Shown in pieces: positions 48,644 to 58,200 of a stretch of DNA of 64,000 nt (within the stretch, counting starts at the first letter, position 1; every line of letters starts with the position of its first letter). Under the pieces are notes generated by a model. That model had not been told where the DNA came from. It saw only the letters and a list, made by a program, of their open reading frames with translations, and did no database searches. The stretch comes from a virus. The position numbers and the translations under genes were made by a program. The stretch is from positions 1-64,000 of the IMG/VR virus record IMGVR_UViG_3300044647_001247; one strand, given 5' to 3'.

Positions 48644-49189
48644 ATGAATATTACATTAACATGGACTCCAGGTGCTGGTGCATCAAATCAAGATGTTCAG
48701 TATAAGTTATCTACTGAGCCAACTATTTGGACTACACATTCTAGTGTAGCTGCTGGTGTTGCTACAGCAACTATAAATGGTTTGTTAGATAATAGAATAT
48801 ATGATTTTAGAGTGGTTACAAACTGTGCAGGAGGGATATCAACATCTGCTGCTACACAACAAATTAACATTATATGTCCAACTGTCACTACCAATCCATC
48901 AAGTACTACCATTGGTTTTAGCTTTCCTGAAATTGGTGGTTCTATAACAGGTTACACTGCTAAGATATTTGACACTACAGGAACTACATTAATATCTTCT
49001 CAAACACCAGCTGGTACCACTACAAGAACAGGATCATTCACTAGTTTAACCGCTAGTACAAATTATAAGATACGTATAGAAATAGCTGCAGGGTCTTTTT
49101 CTAAAACAAACTGTTCTTTTATAAGTGTTACGACCACTGCAAGTCCCACTTGTAATCCACCCACTGGTGTTACAGCTACCCTAGTATAA
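48644..49189 (+). CDS. fibronectin type III domain protein (two domains)
   Basis: ITLTWTP..VQYK..W..INGL....YDFRV; LTASTNYKIRI. Confidence 0.8.
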   Translation: MNITLTWTPGAGASNQDVQYKLSTEPTIWTTHSSVAAGVATATINGLLDNRIYDFRVVTNCAGGISTSAATQQINIICPTVTTNPSSTTIGFSFPEIGGSITGYTAKIFDTTGTTLISSQTPAGTTTRTGSFTSLTASTNYKIRIEIAAGSFSKTNCSFISVTTTASPTCNPPTGVTATLV

Positions 49190-49215
49190 TTAAAAAACAT
49201 TAAATAATACACACT

Positions 49216-49869
49216 ATGTCTTGCGGATGCACACATACACCTTGTGAACCTTGTTGCTCTAGTTACGGATCATCTGTAAGCTATGTTCTTCCAGATTGTC
49301 CTGGTGGAGAACCTTGTGATGAAATAAGTGAAGCACCTTGTGTTTTATATAAGGGACCTAATCTTCCTGCTCTTGGTATAAGTAATAATGATAGACTCAT
49401 CACTATATTAACAAAACTTCATAAAGTGCTGAATGGTGTCATAACACCAACTATTCCATTAACTACTTATACAGCAACAAACACTACAACGCTACCTTCT
49501 ATTCCTACATTTAATATTAGTTATTTAGGACTTGGTCCTGTTTATACATCAACAGCAGGAGCAACAAGTTCTTCAACCACAATAACAGTGGGTTCTACAA
49601 CTAACCTTGTAATAGGTATGGTGGTAGAAGTTACTGCTGGTGTAGGTGCGTTTGCTACAAACACACTTGTTGTAACTATTCCTAGTGCAACTACATTTAC
49701 AGTTTCTCAAGTTCCTAGTACCCCTCTTTCTGGAGGAGCTACTGTTGTTACAGGAACGGGTTCTACACACACTATATTTAGTTTAAAAGTGGTAAAAAAT
49801 ATTCCTCAATCTTTTAAAGCGTTTACAGGTTCTGTAGTAACAGACTCTGGAACAGGAACAGTTGTATAA
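49216..49869 (+). CDS. Cys-rich structural protein
   Basis: Cys-rich N-terminus; CVLYKGPNL motif shared with 47416..48642. Confidence 0.7.
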   Translation: MSCGCTHTPCEPCCSSYGSSVSYVLPDCPGGEPCDEISEAPCVLYKGPNLPALGISNNDRLITILTKLHKVLNGVITPTIPLTTYTATNTTTLPSIPTFNISYLGLGPVYTSTAGATSSSTTITVGSTTNLVIGMVVEVTAGVGAFATNTLVVTIPSATTFTVSQVPSTPLSGGATVVTGTGSTHTIFSLKVVKNIPQSFKAFTGSVVTDSGTGTVV

Positions 49870-49880
49870 AATTATAATAT

Positions 49881-50309
49881 ATGGCTTCTTTGTGCAATAC
49901 ATATAAAACCTTACAAGTTGCTTTTACAGCACCGGCAGTATCTCCTGCTAATGGATATTTAGTTAAATGGAGAATAGTTGGTGATACAAACTGGAATACA
50001 GTTACTCAAAATCAAAATCCCATCACTATAGCAGGTGTTCCTTCTTGTTATAATATTGAAGGTAGTATACAAGCTGATTGCGGTGGAGGAAACTTTGGTT
50101 CTCCTATAGTGTTTGCAATATCTTCAAGTTCTAATATTTGCAGACAAGTCACTCTATTACAGACAGCAGTTTATTATTATGTTGCTTGTAATAGTTCTGA
50201 ACAAGTGCAAATTATAAATAATGCTGCCACTCCACAAACAATCTGTATAAAAGATGGTACATTAAGTGGTGGAACATTCACTGATTTAAATACAAGTTGT
50301 AATATATAA
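49881..50309 (+). CDS. FN3-like domain protein
   Basis: FTAP..PANGYLVKWR..W..ITI.G..EG.IQADCG. Confidence 0.7.
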   Translation: MASLCNTYKTLQVAFTAPAVSPANGYLVKWRIVGDTNWNTVTQNQNPITIAGVPSCYNIEGSIQADCGGGNFGSPIVFAISSSSNICRQVTLLQTAVYYYVACNSSEQVQIINNAATPQTICIKDGTLSGGTFTDLNTSCNI

Positions 50310-50316
50310 TTAAGTT

Positions 50317-51240
50317 ATGGCCACATTAAGTGTATCGTTTACTCCTCCTGGAACACCCCCTGCAAATGGTTATAGGGTGCAATACTGGCTTGCATCAGAT
50401 CCTTCTACTATATTTACAGTGTCACCCAATCCTACATCATCTCCTGTTACTATTACAGGTCTTACTGGAACTTTTTATCAAGGTACTATAGAAGCTGATT
50501 GTGGTGGGGGGTTATATTCTTCTTTAAATACTTTTTCAGCCAATACAATAACAGGAGATCCTTGTTTATCAGGAAATACACTTGCTAATGCAAACTGTTC
50601 TCTTACTGAAACTAAAACATTTACACTATCTACAGGTTTTTCAACAACTGTAAATTTATATGGTTTTTATTATTCAGGAACAGGAATAAGAACTATATCA
50701 GGAAGACTGTTAAATAACAGTAATGCTTTAATCCAAGAGTTTACTTATACGCAAACAGGGGCTAGTGTAGGAACGACTAGTCCTAGTTTTTATACACTTA
50801 CTAATATATCAGGATCTGCTGTAAGTTATAAACTTCAAATTGACACTGTAATTTGCACCAACGGTACAGGTGTTGGAGCCATGACTGCTAGTGGTTGCAC
50901 ATCTACAAGTCCTTCTGTAGTAGTTAATAACGCTACATTCTCTGGTTTAACTATATCAGCAGTAACTGTTAATAGTGTTGCTGTAACATATGAAACAGGT
51001 GTTAACTTACCTATTGCATATTCAGGTTTAGGTTATTTTAGAACTACACAAGTGGGAACATTTAATATAGCTGTTTCATATAGCAATCCTGCTGTTTCTA
51101 GTCCAAGAGCTATACGTGTAACAGGTAGTAATGGTGTTTCTCAAACACAAACTTCTCAAGCAACAAGTGCAACACTTACATTTAGTAACGTAGTGGTAAA
51201 CACTTCACAATCTGTACAGATAGCTATTGTGCAGAGTTAA
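50317..51240 (+). CDS. FN3/Ig-like domain protein
   Basis: N-terminal domain paralogous to 49881..50309 (PANGYRVQYW..TIEADCGGG). Confidence 0.7.
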   Translation: MATLSVSFTPPGTPPANGYRVQYWLASDPSTIFTVSPNPTSSPVTITGLTGTFYQGTIEADCGGGLYSSLNTFSANTITGDPCLSGNTLANANCSLTETKTFTLSTGFSTTVNLYGFYYSGTGIRTISGRLLNNSNALIQEFTYTQTGASVGTTSPSFYTLTNISGSAVSYKLQIDTVICTNGTGVGAMTASGCTSTSPSVVVNNATFSGLTISAVTVNSVAVTYETGVNLPIAYSGLGYFRTTQVGTFNIAVSYSNPAVSSPRAIRVTGSNGVSQTQTSQATSATLTFSNVVVNTSQSVQIAIVQS

Positions 51241-51279
51241 AATATAAAGTCAGTGGTTTTGTTGGTTTACCCACACGAC

Positions 51280-51315
51280 AGGTCTCGGTGTTTCTACATT
51301 GAGACCTTAATTTTA
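51280..51315 (+). terminator. probable terminator hairpin
   Basis: aggtctcggtg/cattgagacct plus AT-rich tail. Confidence 0.5.
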
Positions 51316-51402
51316 TTAAACTGTTTATAAAATGTGCATAAAATATGTTAGAGTTATATAATATAATCTAACTTTATGCACCATATACCAAATACTAAAA
51401 TT

Positions 51403-52719
51403 ATGTCTTTAATTAATCAGGTGTATGGTTCTCTCAGATGGAAAAAAACTGATGAGTTCTGTGCGACAAAGTTAGGTGTTTCATTACAGAAATACCAAGA
51501 AATCAAAAAACAAATCTCAGAAACAAAACAACTGCTACAAGAAGAATTAGATTCTAGTCTTATAGAGTTTGTAGGTAAAAGAATGCTAGAACTTATTGAT
51601 GACGAAGGAATTAAGAATGAGTATGTTTTAGATATGAAATACAATCTACAAGATGCTATACTTTCTGAGAAAGAAAAGGTGATAGAATTTAGAGAAAATT
51701 TAGATGACTGCACTGCTGAAATTAAAGGAATAGCTTTTGTAGAACCAAAAAGTCCTGAAGAAATAATAAGGATTTTAAAAATTGACACTACAAAATGGAA
51801 GCTTAGCTCCTATTGGAATAAGCAACATAAAGACCATTGGCTTATTTCTGCCATGGTTACTCAAAAGACTTTAGAAGAAAAAGATTTTTTAAAGGAAGTG
51901 ATTGAAAACTTCCAGCCAAGTTATACACCAGTTGCAGAGGTGCATTTGAATGACACATTCGTTTTACCTACAGTGGGGGTTTTGAGTATTCAAGACCTTC
52001 ACTTTGGTAAAGAAGGTAATGATGGAGTGGCTGATGACTTTAGAGAAGCTATTAGTAATTTAGTATTAAAGGCTTATAAAAGTCATAAACTTGATAAAAT
52101 CATTTATGTATTTGGTGGTGATCTTTTAAACATGGATAGTTTTCATGGATCTACTACAAAGGGTACACCTGTAGATAATGATTTAAGAGCACAAGATGCT
52201 TATAAAATAGCATTTGATTCATTATACTGGAGTGTAAACTTTGTAAAACAATTTTGTAATAATCTCCATGTAGTGTATCTACCTGGTAATCATGATAGAC
52301 TTAGTAGCTATCATATGGCTCATGCTCTTTCCAAATGTTTTAATACAGCTTCTAATATCATATTTGATGTTGAATATGCTGAAAGAAAAGTTATTACTTA
52401 CGGTGATAACTTTTTTGCTTTTGAGCATGGTGATATTAGCTCAAAAAATACTCCTTTAGTATATGCAACAGAATTTCCAAAACAGTGGGGTGCAACAAAT
52501 TATAGAACTTGTTACACCGGTCACTGGCACCATAAGAAAACAACTCAGTATATATCTGAAAATGAAATACACGGATTTGCCATTAAACATCTTCCTTCTC
52601 TCTCTAAACCTGACTACTGGCATTACCATAACAAATATACAGGTGCTAAACGCCAAGCTATTATTGAAATCCATGATCAGAGGAAAGGTAAAATATCTGA
52701 GTTTGTATATACAGCGTAA
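51403..52719 (+). CDS. calcineurin-like metallophosphoesterase
   Basis: DLH, GGDLL, GNHD, HGD and GHWH motifs. Confidence 0.9.
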   Translation: MSLINQVYGSLRWKKTDEFCATKLGVSLQKYQEIKKQISETKQLLQEELDSSLIEFVGKRMLELIDDEGIKNEYVLDMKYNLQDAILSEKEKVIEFRENLDDCTAEIKGIAFVEPKSPEEIIRILKIDTTKWKLSSYWNKQHKDHWLISAMVTQKTLEEKDFLKEVIENFQPSYTPVAEVHLNDTFVLPTVGVLSIQDLHFGKEGNDGVADDFREAISNLVLKAYKSHKLDKIIYVFGGDLLNMDSFHGSTTKGTPVDNDLRAQDAYKIAFDSLYWSVNFVKQFCNNLHVVYLPGNHDRLSSYHMAHALSKCFNTASNIIFDVEYAERKVITYGDNFFAFEHGDISSKNTPLVYATEFPKQWGATNYRTCYTGHWHHKKTTQYISENEIHGFAIKHLPSLSKPDYWHYHNKYTGAKRQAIIEIHDQRKGKISEFVYTA

Positions 52720-52757
52720 ACCTGTAAGGTTTAGTTTTAAACTATAGAGATTTTTAC

Positions 52758-52775
52758 GTAAATTATTAATGTAGA
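52758..52775 (+). promoter_or_regulatory. putative phage late promoter motif
   Basis: GTAAATTATTAATGTAGA. Confidence 0.5.
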
Positions 52776-52780
52776 CAACT

Positions 52781-53389
52781 GTGAGTAAACCATATAAAAA
52801 ACCAGATCTTAACGCTCCTAGGTATAGACCAAAGAAGTTAAATTTTACCAATGCTACTTTTTATGAGCAATTTGTAAAAGATAATCCTAAGTATTCAAGT
52901 CTCATCACTCTAGAAATGTTTAAGAATATAATTACCACGTTCAATGGTAAAATCTGGAAAACTGTGGTAGAAGACAGAGATGGTGTAGAACTTCCTGAGC
53001 AGCTTGGTTTTATTTTTATAGGTACATGTCCTCGTAAAAAAAGTAATATAGATTTTAATAAATCAGAGAAATATGGAGTAACACTCCAGAATCAAAACTG
53101 GGAGTCTGATCAGTATATAGCTAAGATATTCTATACAAATTTTGAAACTAAGTATAGGTTTAAACATCATGAGATGTGGGGATTTTCTGGTGTTAGAGAT
53201 TTCAAAAGAACAATAGGTCAAACCTATCCCAAAGAGTGGAAGAAGTATTTAATGGTTGATAACTTAGTGAGAATAAGTAGAATATTTAGAAAGCAAAGAT
53301 TCAAACAACATAAACAAGAATTAACTAAAGACCTTCTTGAAACATATGATGAATTTAATTTAGAAAATCCATGGGCAGAACTACAATAG
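52781..53389 (+). CDS. basic HU/IHF-related protein of the tail module
   Basis: RDGVELPEQLGFIFI and IDFNKS motifs; crAss-like synteny before the ring genes. Confidence 0.55.
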   Translation: MSKPYKKPDLNAPRYRPKKLNFTNATFYEQFVKDNPKYSSLITLEMFKNIITTFNGKIWKTVVEDRDGVELPEQLGFIFIGTCPRKKSNIDFNKSEKYGVTLQNQNWESDQYIAKIFYTNFETKYRFKHHEMWGFSGVRDFKRTIGQTYPKEWKKYLMVDNLVRISRIFRKQRFKQHKQELTKDLLETYDEFNLENPWAELQ

Positions 53390-54045
53390 GAAACGTTATT
53401 TCAAGAATACGTACACAGGTTAAGGCTGTTAGGCAAGATGCTTTCTTGACTGATCGGGCCATTTATGCTTTTATATTAAAGCATAGTAAGTGGCTCATGA
53501 AAAGAGAAGATAGTAAAAATAAACTTCTTGGTTATTCTGGTATTATACAAACCTTGGATTTTGTTGAATTAGAAGAAATTGATAAAGTGGAAGCTAAGTG
53601 TACAGGAGTATCTTCAGATTGTGTTATTAAAAGAACTAAATCTGTAATGCCTGTATTTATGCAGGGATATTATGGTCCACTAATTAGAAGTGTAACTTCT
53701 TTAGATGCATCTGAAGAACTTCAAATTACCAATCCTAGTACGTATTTGGTAATGAGTAGAAGCAAAAACTTCAAATATAATAAAACTAAATACTATTGGT
53801 ATTTAAATGATTATTTATATTTTCCTAATTTAGAATGGGATGCTATTCGTGTAGAAGGAATATTTGAAGATGATATTTCTAATTTTACTTGTGCACAAGA
53901 TAGTTGTGTTCAGAAAGTTGATCAACCTTTTAATGTACCTGATTATCTTTCTGGTGAGATAGAAAATAATGTATTTAAAGATCTTGTAGGAATGCTTCAA
54001 CTACCCTCAGATGTAAGTGCAGATAAGCAAAATATAAGTAGATGA
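53371..54045 (+). CDS. tail ring/tubular protein
   Basis: YYWYLNDYLY..IRVEGIFEDD..F.VP.YL; crAss-like synteny. Confidence 0.7.
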   Translation: MGRTTIGNVISRIRTQVKAVRQDAFLTDRAIYAFILKHSKWLMKREDSKNKLLGYSGIIQTLDFVELEEIDKVEAKCTGVSSDCVIKRTKSVMPVFMQGYYGPLIRSVTSLDASEELQITNPSTYLVMSRSKNFKYNKTKYYWYLNDYLYFPNLEWDAIRVEGIFEDDISNFTCAQDSCVQKVDQPFNVPDYLSGEIENNVFKDLVGMLQLPSDVSADKQNISR

Positions 54046-54908
54046 AAACAGAACTTTCATATAAAACATTTGATGAACTTCTTAGTGAGGTGGCAACAGA
54101 CTTTGCCACTTATAACAATGAGGGGATGATTGAACCAGGTCAACTTATCAAGGTGGCTCAAAGAGTTAGTTATGATTTGGGTCTTAGAATACATGGTACA
54201 AAAGAAAAAGTTTTAGAGGTAACAAATAAAAAAACAAAGCTTCCTGATGATTTTTATGTTTTAAACTATGCTTATTTATGTGGTAAGTATAGTGTTACAA
54301 ATGCTGTCCTATCAGGAAGACAAACAGAAGATGTTATTTTAAATAGTTCTTATTGTTCTAAATGTGGAGAGCCCGATCCTACATGCACTTGTGAAAAAAC
54401 ATACACTATTGAATGTAACACAGGAGAGAAGATATTTGTACAGGTGGTTGAAAAAAGAAAATATGAAACCAGGGTGTATGATAGTTTTACACCTATCAGC
54501 ATTGCAACATCTACTGGAAGAATAGATGCTCTAGATGATTCTAAACCAGCTGGTTATATTAAGAACAAGTTTATATACACTAATATAGAAGAGGGAAGTT
54601 TGTTTATATCTTATGAAGGTGCTCTAGAAGATGAACATGGAAACTTGTTAGTATTAGATCACCCTATGATTAATGAATATTATGAATATGCTTTTAAGCA
54701 AAGGATTCTTGAAAATCTATACATTAATGGAGAAGATGTAATGCAAAAAATGCAACTTATAGAACAGCGTCTTAGAGCTGCTCGTAATAATGCTTTAACA
54801 ATAGTGAACACTCCAAATTTTTCAGAAATGAAGAAATTATGGGAAACAAACCGTAAAGCTCAATATGGACGATATTATAATATGTTCAAATCAGGAGAAA
54901 GCTGGTAA
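54042..54908 (+). CDS. tail ring/tubular protein
   Basis: KLPDDFY..IYTN.EEG.LFISY..DEHGNLLVLD. Confidence 0.7.
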   Translation: MKTELSYKTFDELLSEVATDFATYNNEGMIEPGQLIKVAQRVSYDLGLRIHGTKEKVLEVTNKKTKLPDDFYVLNYAYLCGKYSVTNAVLSGRQTEDVILNSSYCSKCGEPDPTCTCEKTYTIECNTGEKIFVQVVEKRKYETRVYDSFTPISIATSTGRIDALDDSKPAGYIKNKFIYTNIEEGSLFISYEGALEDEHGNLLVLDHPMINEYYEYAFKQRILENLYINGEDVMQKMQLIEQRLRAARNNALTIVNTPNFSEMKKLWETNRKAQYGRYYNMFKSGESW

Positions 54909-55275
54909 CACCTTCAGACGTTGCAGCACAACTATACAGTTTACAACTTATGGATGTAAGCTTGTTATTGCTGTAGTGGATAGTGTTAAAAAAGAGGTGG
55001 AGAAATTATATAAAAAATACAAGATTGATGAGGAATTTGATGATGATGCAGAAGGGGCATTAGTAATGCCTGATATGAAAACTTATTATTTACTTCTAGG
55101 AAAGGCGTTCATCACTCATAACACTATAGCTCATGAAGTGTTTCATGCATCTGTAAGAATTACAGAACATCGTGGAATAACTGATGAAGAAACTCAAGCT
55201 TGGATGGCAGGGCACATTACAGAGATATTATATAAGTTTTTAGAAAAAAAGAAGTTAGAAGTAAAACATGGCTGA
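54865..55275 (+). CDS. zincin metallopeptidase-like protein
   Basis: TIAHEVFH (HEXXH) with downstream EETQAW third ligand. Confidence 0.75.
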   Translation: MDDIIICSNQEKAGNTFRRCSTTIQFTTYGCKLVIAVVDSVKKEVEKLYKKYKIDEEFDDDAEGALVMPDMKTYYLLLGKAFITHNTIAHEVFHASVRITEHRGITDEETQAWMAGHITEILYKFLEKKKLEVKHG

Positions 55276-58200
55276 GCAACAACAAAATCCTGGAGTGATC
55301 ACTAACACCTTTAGTAATGGTATGGTGAAAGACTACAATGAAACATTTGTAGGAGAAGGATTATATACTCATGCTCGCAATGTTGTAAGTAATTCACATG
55401 ATGGTCAGCTTGGTGTAAAAGGTAATGAGCCAGCTAACTTAAGTTGCATCACTCTTCCTTATAGCTTAATAGGATGTATTCATCTTTCTGATGATCAATG
55501 GTCTGTATATACAACAGATGATACTAATTCTGAGATAGGAATATTTGATGAAAGTCAATGCACTTATACAAAGGTGGTAAATGATCCATGTTTAGGATTT
55601 AAAAGATCTAACTTAATTACAGGTGCTTCACGTAAACGTTATGATTGCGATAGACCTGTTTATTGGGTTGATGCACTGAATCCAGATAGATTTATGGATC
55701 TTAGTAATCCCCCTTTTAAATATATAGAAACTATAGTTGATGGTTGTAAAGTAAAAACTATAACACAACCTTTACAGCTTGATTGTGAAAAGATAAGACT
55801 TGCATCTTTAATACAACATCCTTGTTTAATCTTAAATAAAGGAAAAGTTGCAGGAACTTTACCTAATGGTTCTTATCAAGTTGCTATAGCTTACACTGAA
55901 GATGGTGTTAGATTAACCGGGTATATTGGAATATCAGAAGTACAATCATTATTTACACATGAAAATGTTAGTTCTTCTTTAGAACTATCAATTACTACTA
56001 TAGATACAACATTTGACGAATTTGAGTTAGTTGTAATTGGTCGTATTAATGGTACAACAGTAGTTAAAAAAATAGGAAACTACTCAACCTCACAAGGTAA
56101 AATATACATTGACAGGTGGGATCAAGAGTTTGAAACAGTGCCAATTAGTCAAGTGGTATTTAGAGGAGACTCTTCTGAAAAAAGTGATGCTATATACGAA
56201 GTGAATAATTATTTATTAAAAATTGGAGACTATTCAAAGTTTAAATTTAATTATCAAAAACAAGCTAATAATATAAATGTTAGTTGGACAGCTGTTCAAT
56301 ATCCTTCTAATTATTATTTTAAAGGTGGAAATAATACTGGTTATTTAAGAGATGAACAATATTCATTTTTTATAAGATGGGTATACAACACTGGTGAACG
56401 TTCTGAGTCCTATCATATACCTGGAAGAGATGCTCTAGCTAGTGATAGAACTTTAGTAATGGGAGATGATGCTTTTGAAACATCTGGTATAGATTCTATT
56501 ACAAGAGAAAGATGGCAGGTGTATAATACAGCCACTTTAGATAATCTAAATAGTTACACTCTTTCTGATGGAGGGCTTGTTATAGCATCAGGTAAAATGG
56601 GATTTTGGGAAAGCACTGAAAAATATCCAGATAACACTCCTGATATTTGGGGAACATTATGTGGAAAAAACATTAGACATCATAAGATGCCTGATGAAAC
56701 TACAGCTCCATCCTTAAATTTATTTTCAAATAATGGTAAATTTATTAATATTCTTGGAGTTAACTTTAGTAATATAACTCATCCTTTAGACAACCAAGGT
56801 AATCCTATACAGTCAATTGTAGGATATGAATTATTAAGAGGATCTAGAGAAGGTAATAAATCTATTATTGGAAAAGGACTGCTTAATAATATGAGGGAAT
56901 ATTCTATTCCTAATCAAACAACTAAAGGGCTTTTTCAAAATTATCCATACAATGATTTAAGACCAGATCCTTATTTAACAGATTCTCCTAATTTAGATGG
57001 TCAATCTGCATTAAAAGGACAAGCTAATGTTTCCACTTCAAAAATGAGTGGCTATAAAAAGAATATATTTTCATTTCATAGTCCTGATGTAACTTTTTCC
57101 AATCCTTTTTTAAATGCCAATGAACTAACTATTTATCAGGAAGTGTATGGTGAATCTAATGGTAGATTTGTTAATTCTTGGAAACATCCTAAATTTAAAG
57201 TTTTAAGTAATTTTAGTTCAGTTTTCGGAGATGTAGCTTCTATAATAAGCACAGTTCAAACAGCTCTTGGAGCACTTGGAGGAGGTCTTGATTTAAAAAT
57301 TGAAGCTGATAAAGATGCTCCTGTATCAACAGGACTAACTTTAAATCCAAACTATGCTGGAGATACAGTTACTGTTTTTGGTTCAGGTGCCTCACCTTTA
57401 ACTATTGCACAGTTTATTGCAGCAGGTGTTGCAAATGGACTTTTAATAGGTGCGTTGATAGGAACAGGTATTCTACCAGCAATGTATAAACAACAGTATT
57501 TAAGACTTTTTATATATTTAATTCCTAAAAAACAATACTCAGCTCAATATAATTCACATGGTGTTTATGATGGAGGAGCCATACCAAAAAAAATAGGTAA
57601 TAAAAGAAGAAAGATTAAAGAAGCATTATATATAGGAAGTGGAAATAGCCAGTTTAATTCTGACTATTTTGTTAATAACACAGCTAGAAGTAATGTAGTT
57701 GTTTTAGAAACTGAAAAAGATTTGGATGATCCAACCACTACAGACAATAGTAGAGTGACATTAGGTGAAGCAAATAGTAATTTATATCAAAATATTAAAA
57801 CAACTATATCAAGTCACTATGGTGCTTTAAAAATTAGCATACCTTCTCAATATGGTCAATTAGGTGGAATAAAACAATTTCCTATAAATGGAGGTTGTAT
57901 TTTTAACACTACACCTGATAAGACTAAAAAGTTTAATACATCTTCTCCACTTTTTAACGGAGACACTTATATAAATAAATTTACTGAAAAAAACACAATG
58001 TTCTTTTTCACTGATTGGATGATTGGTGAGCCTGATAGAACTGAATGGGATTACACTTTATATATGTATATTCCCTATCCAAGATTTTGGATAAATAATG
58101 TAGAAGAAAATGTAGCTTTTTTAGAAGCAGCTGATAATTATAGATCATTAGATAAAAGAACATCTGGTTTCTTACATGTAAGTTCTGGATATTTTTATTT

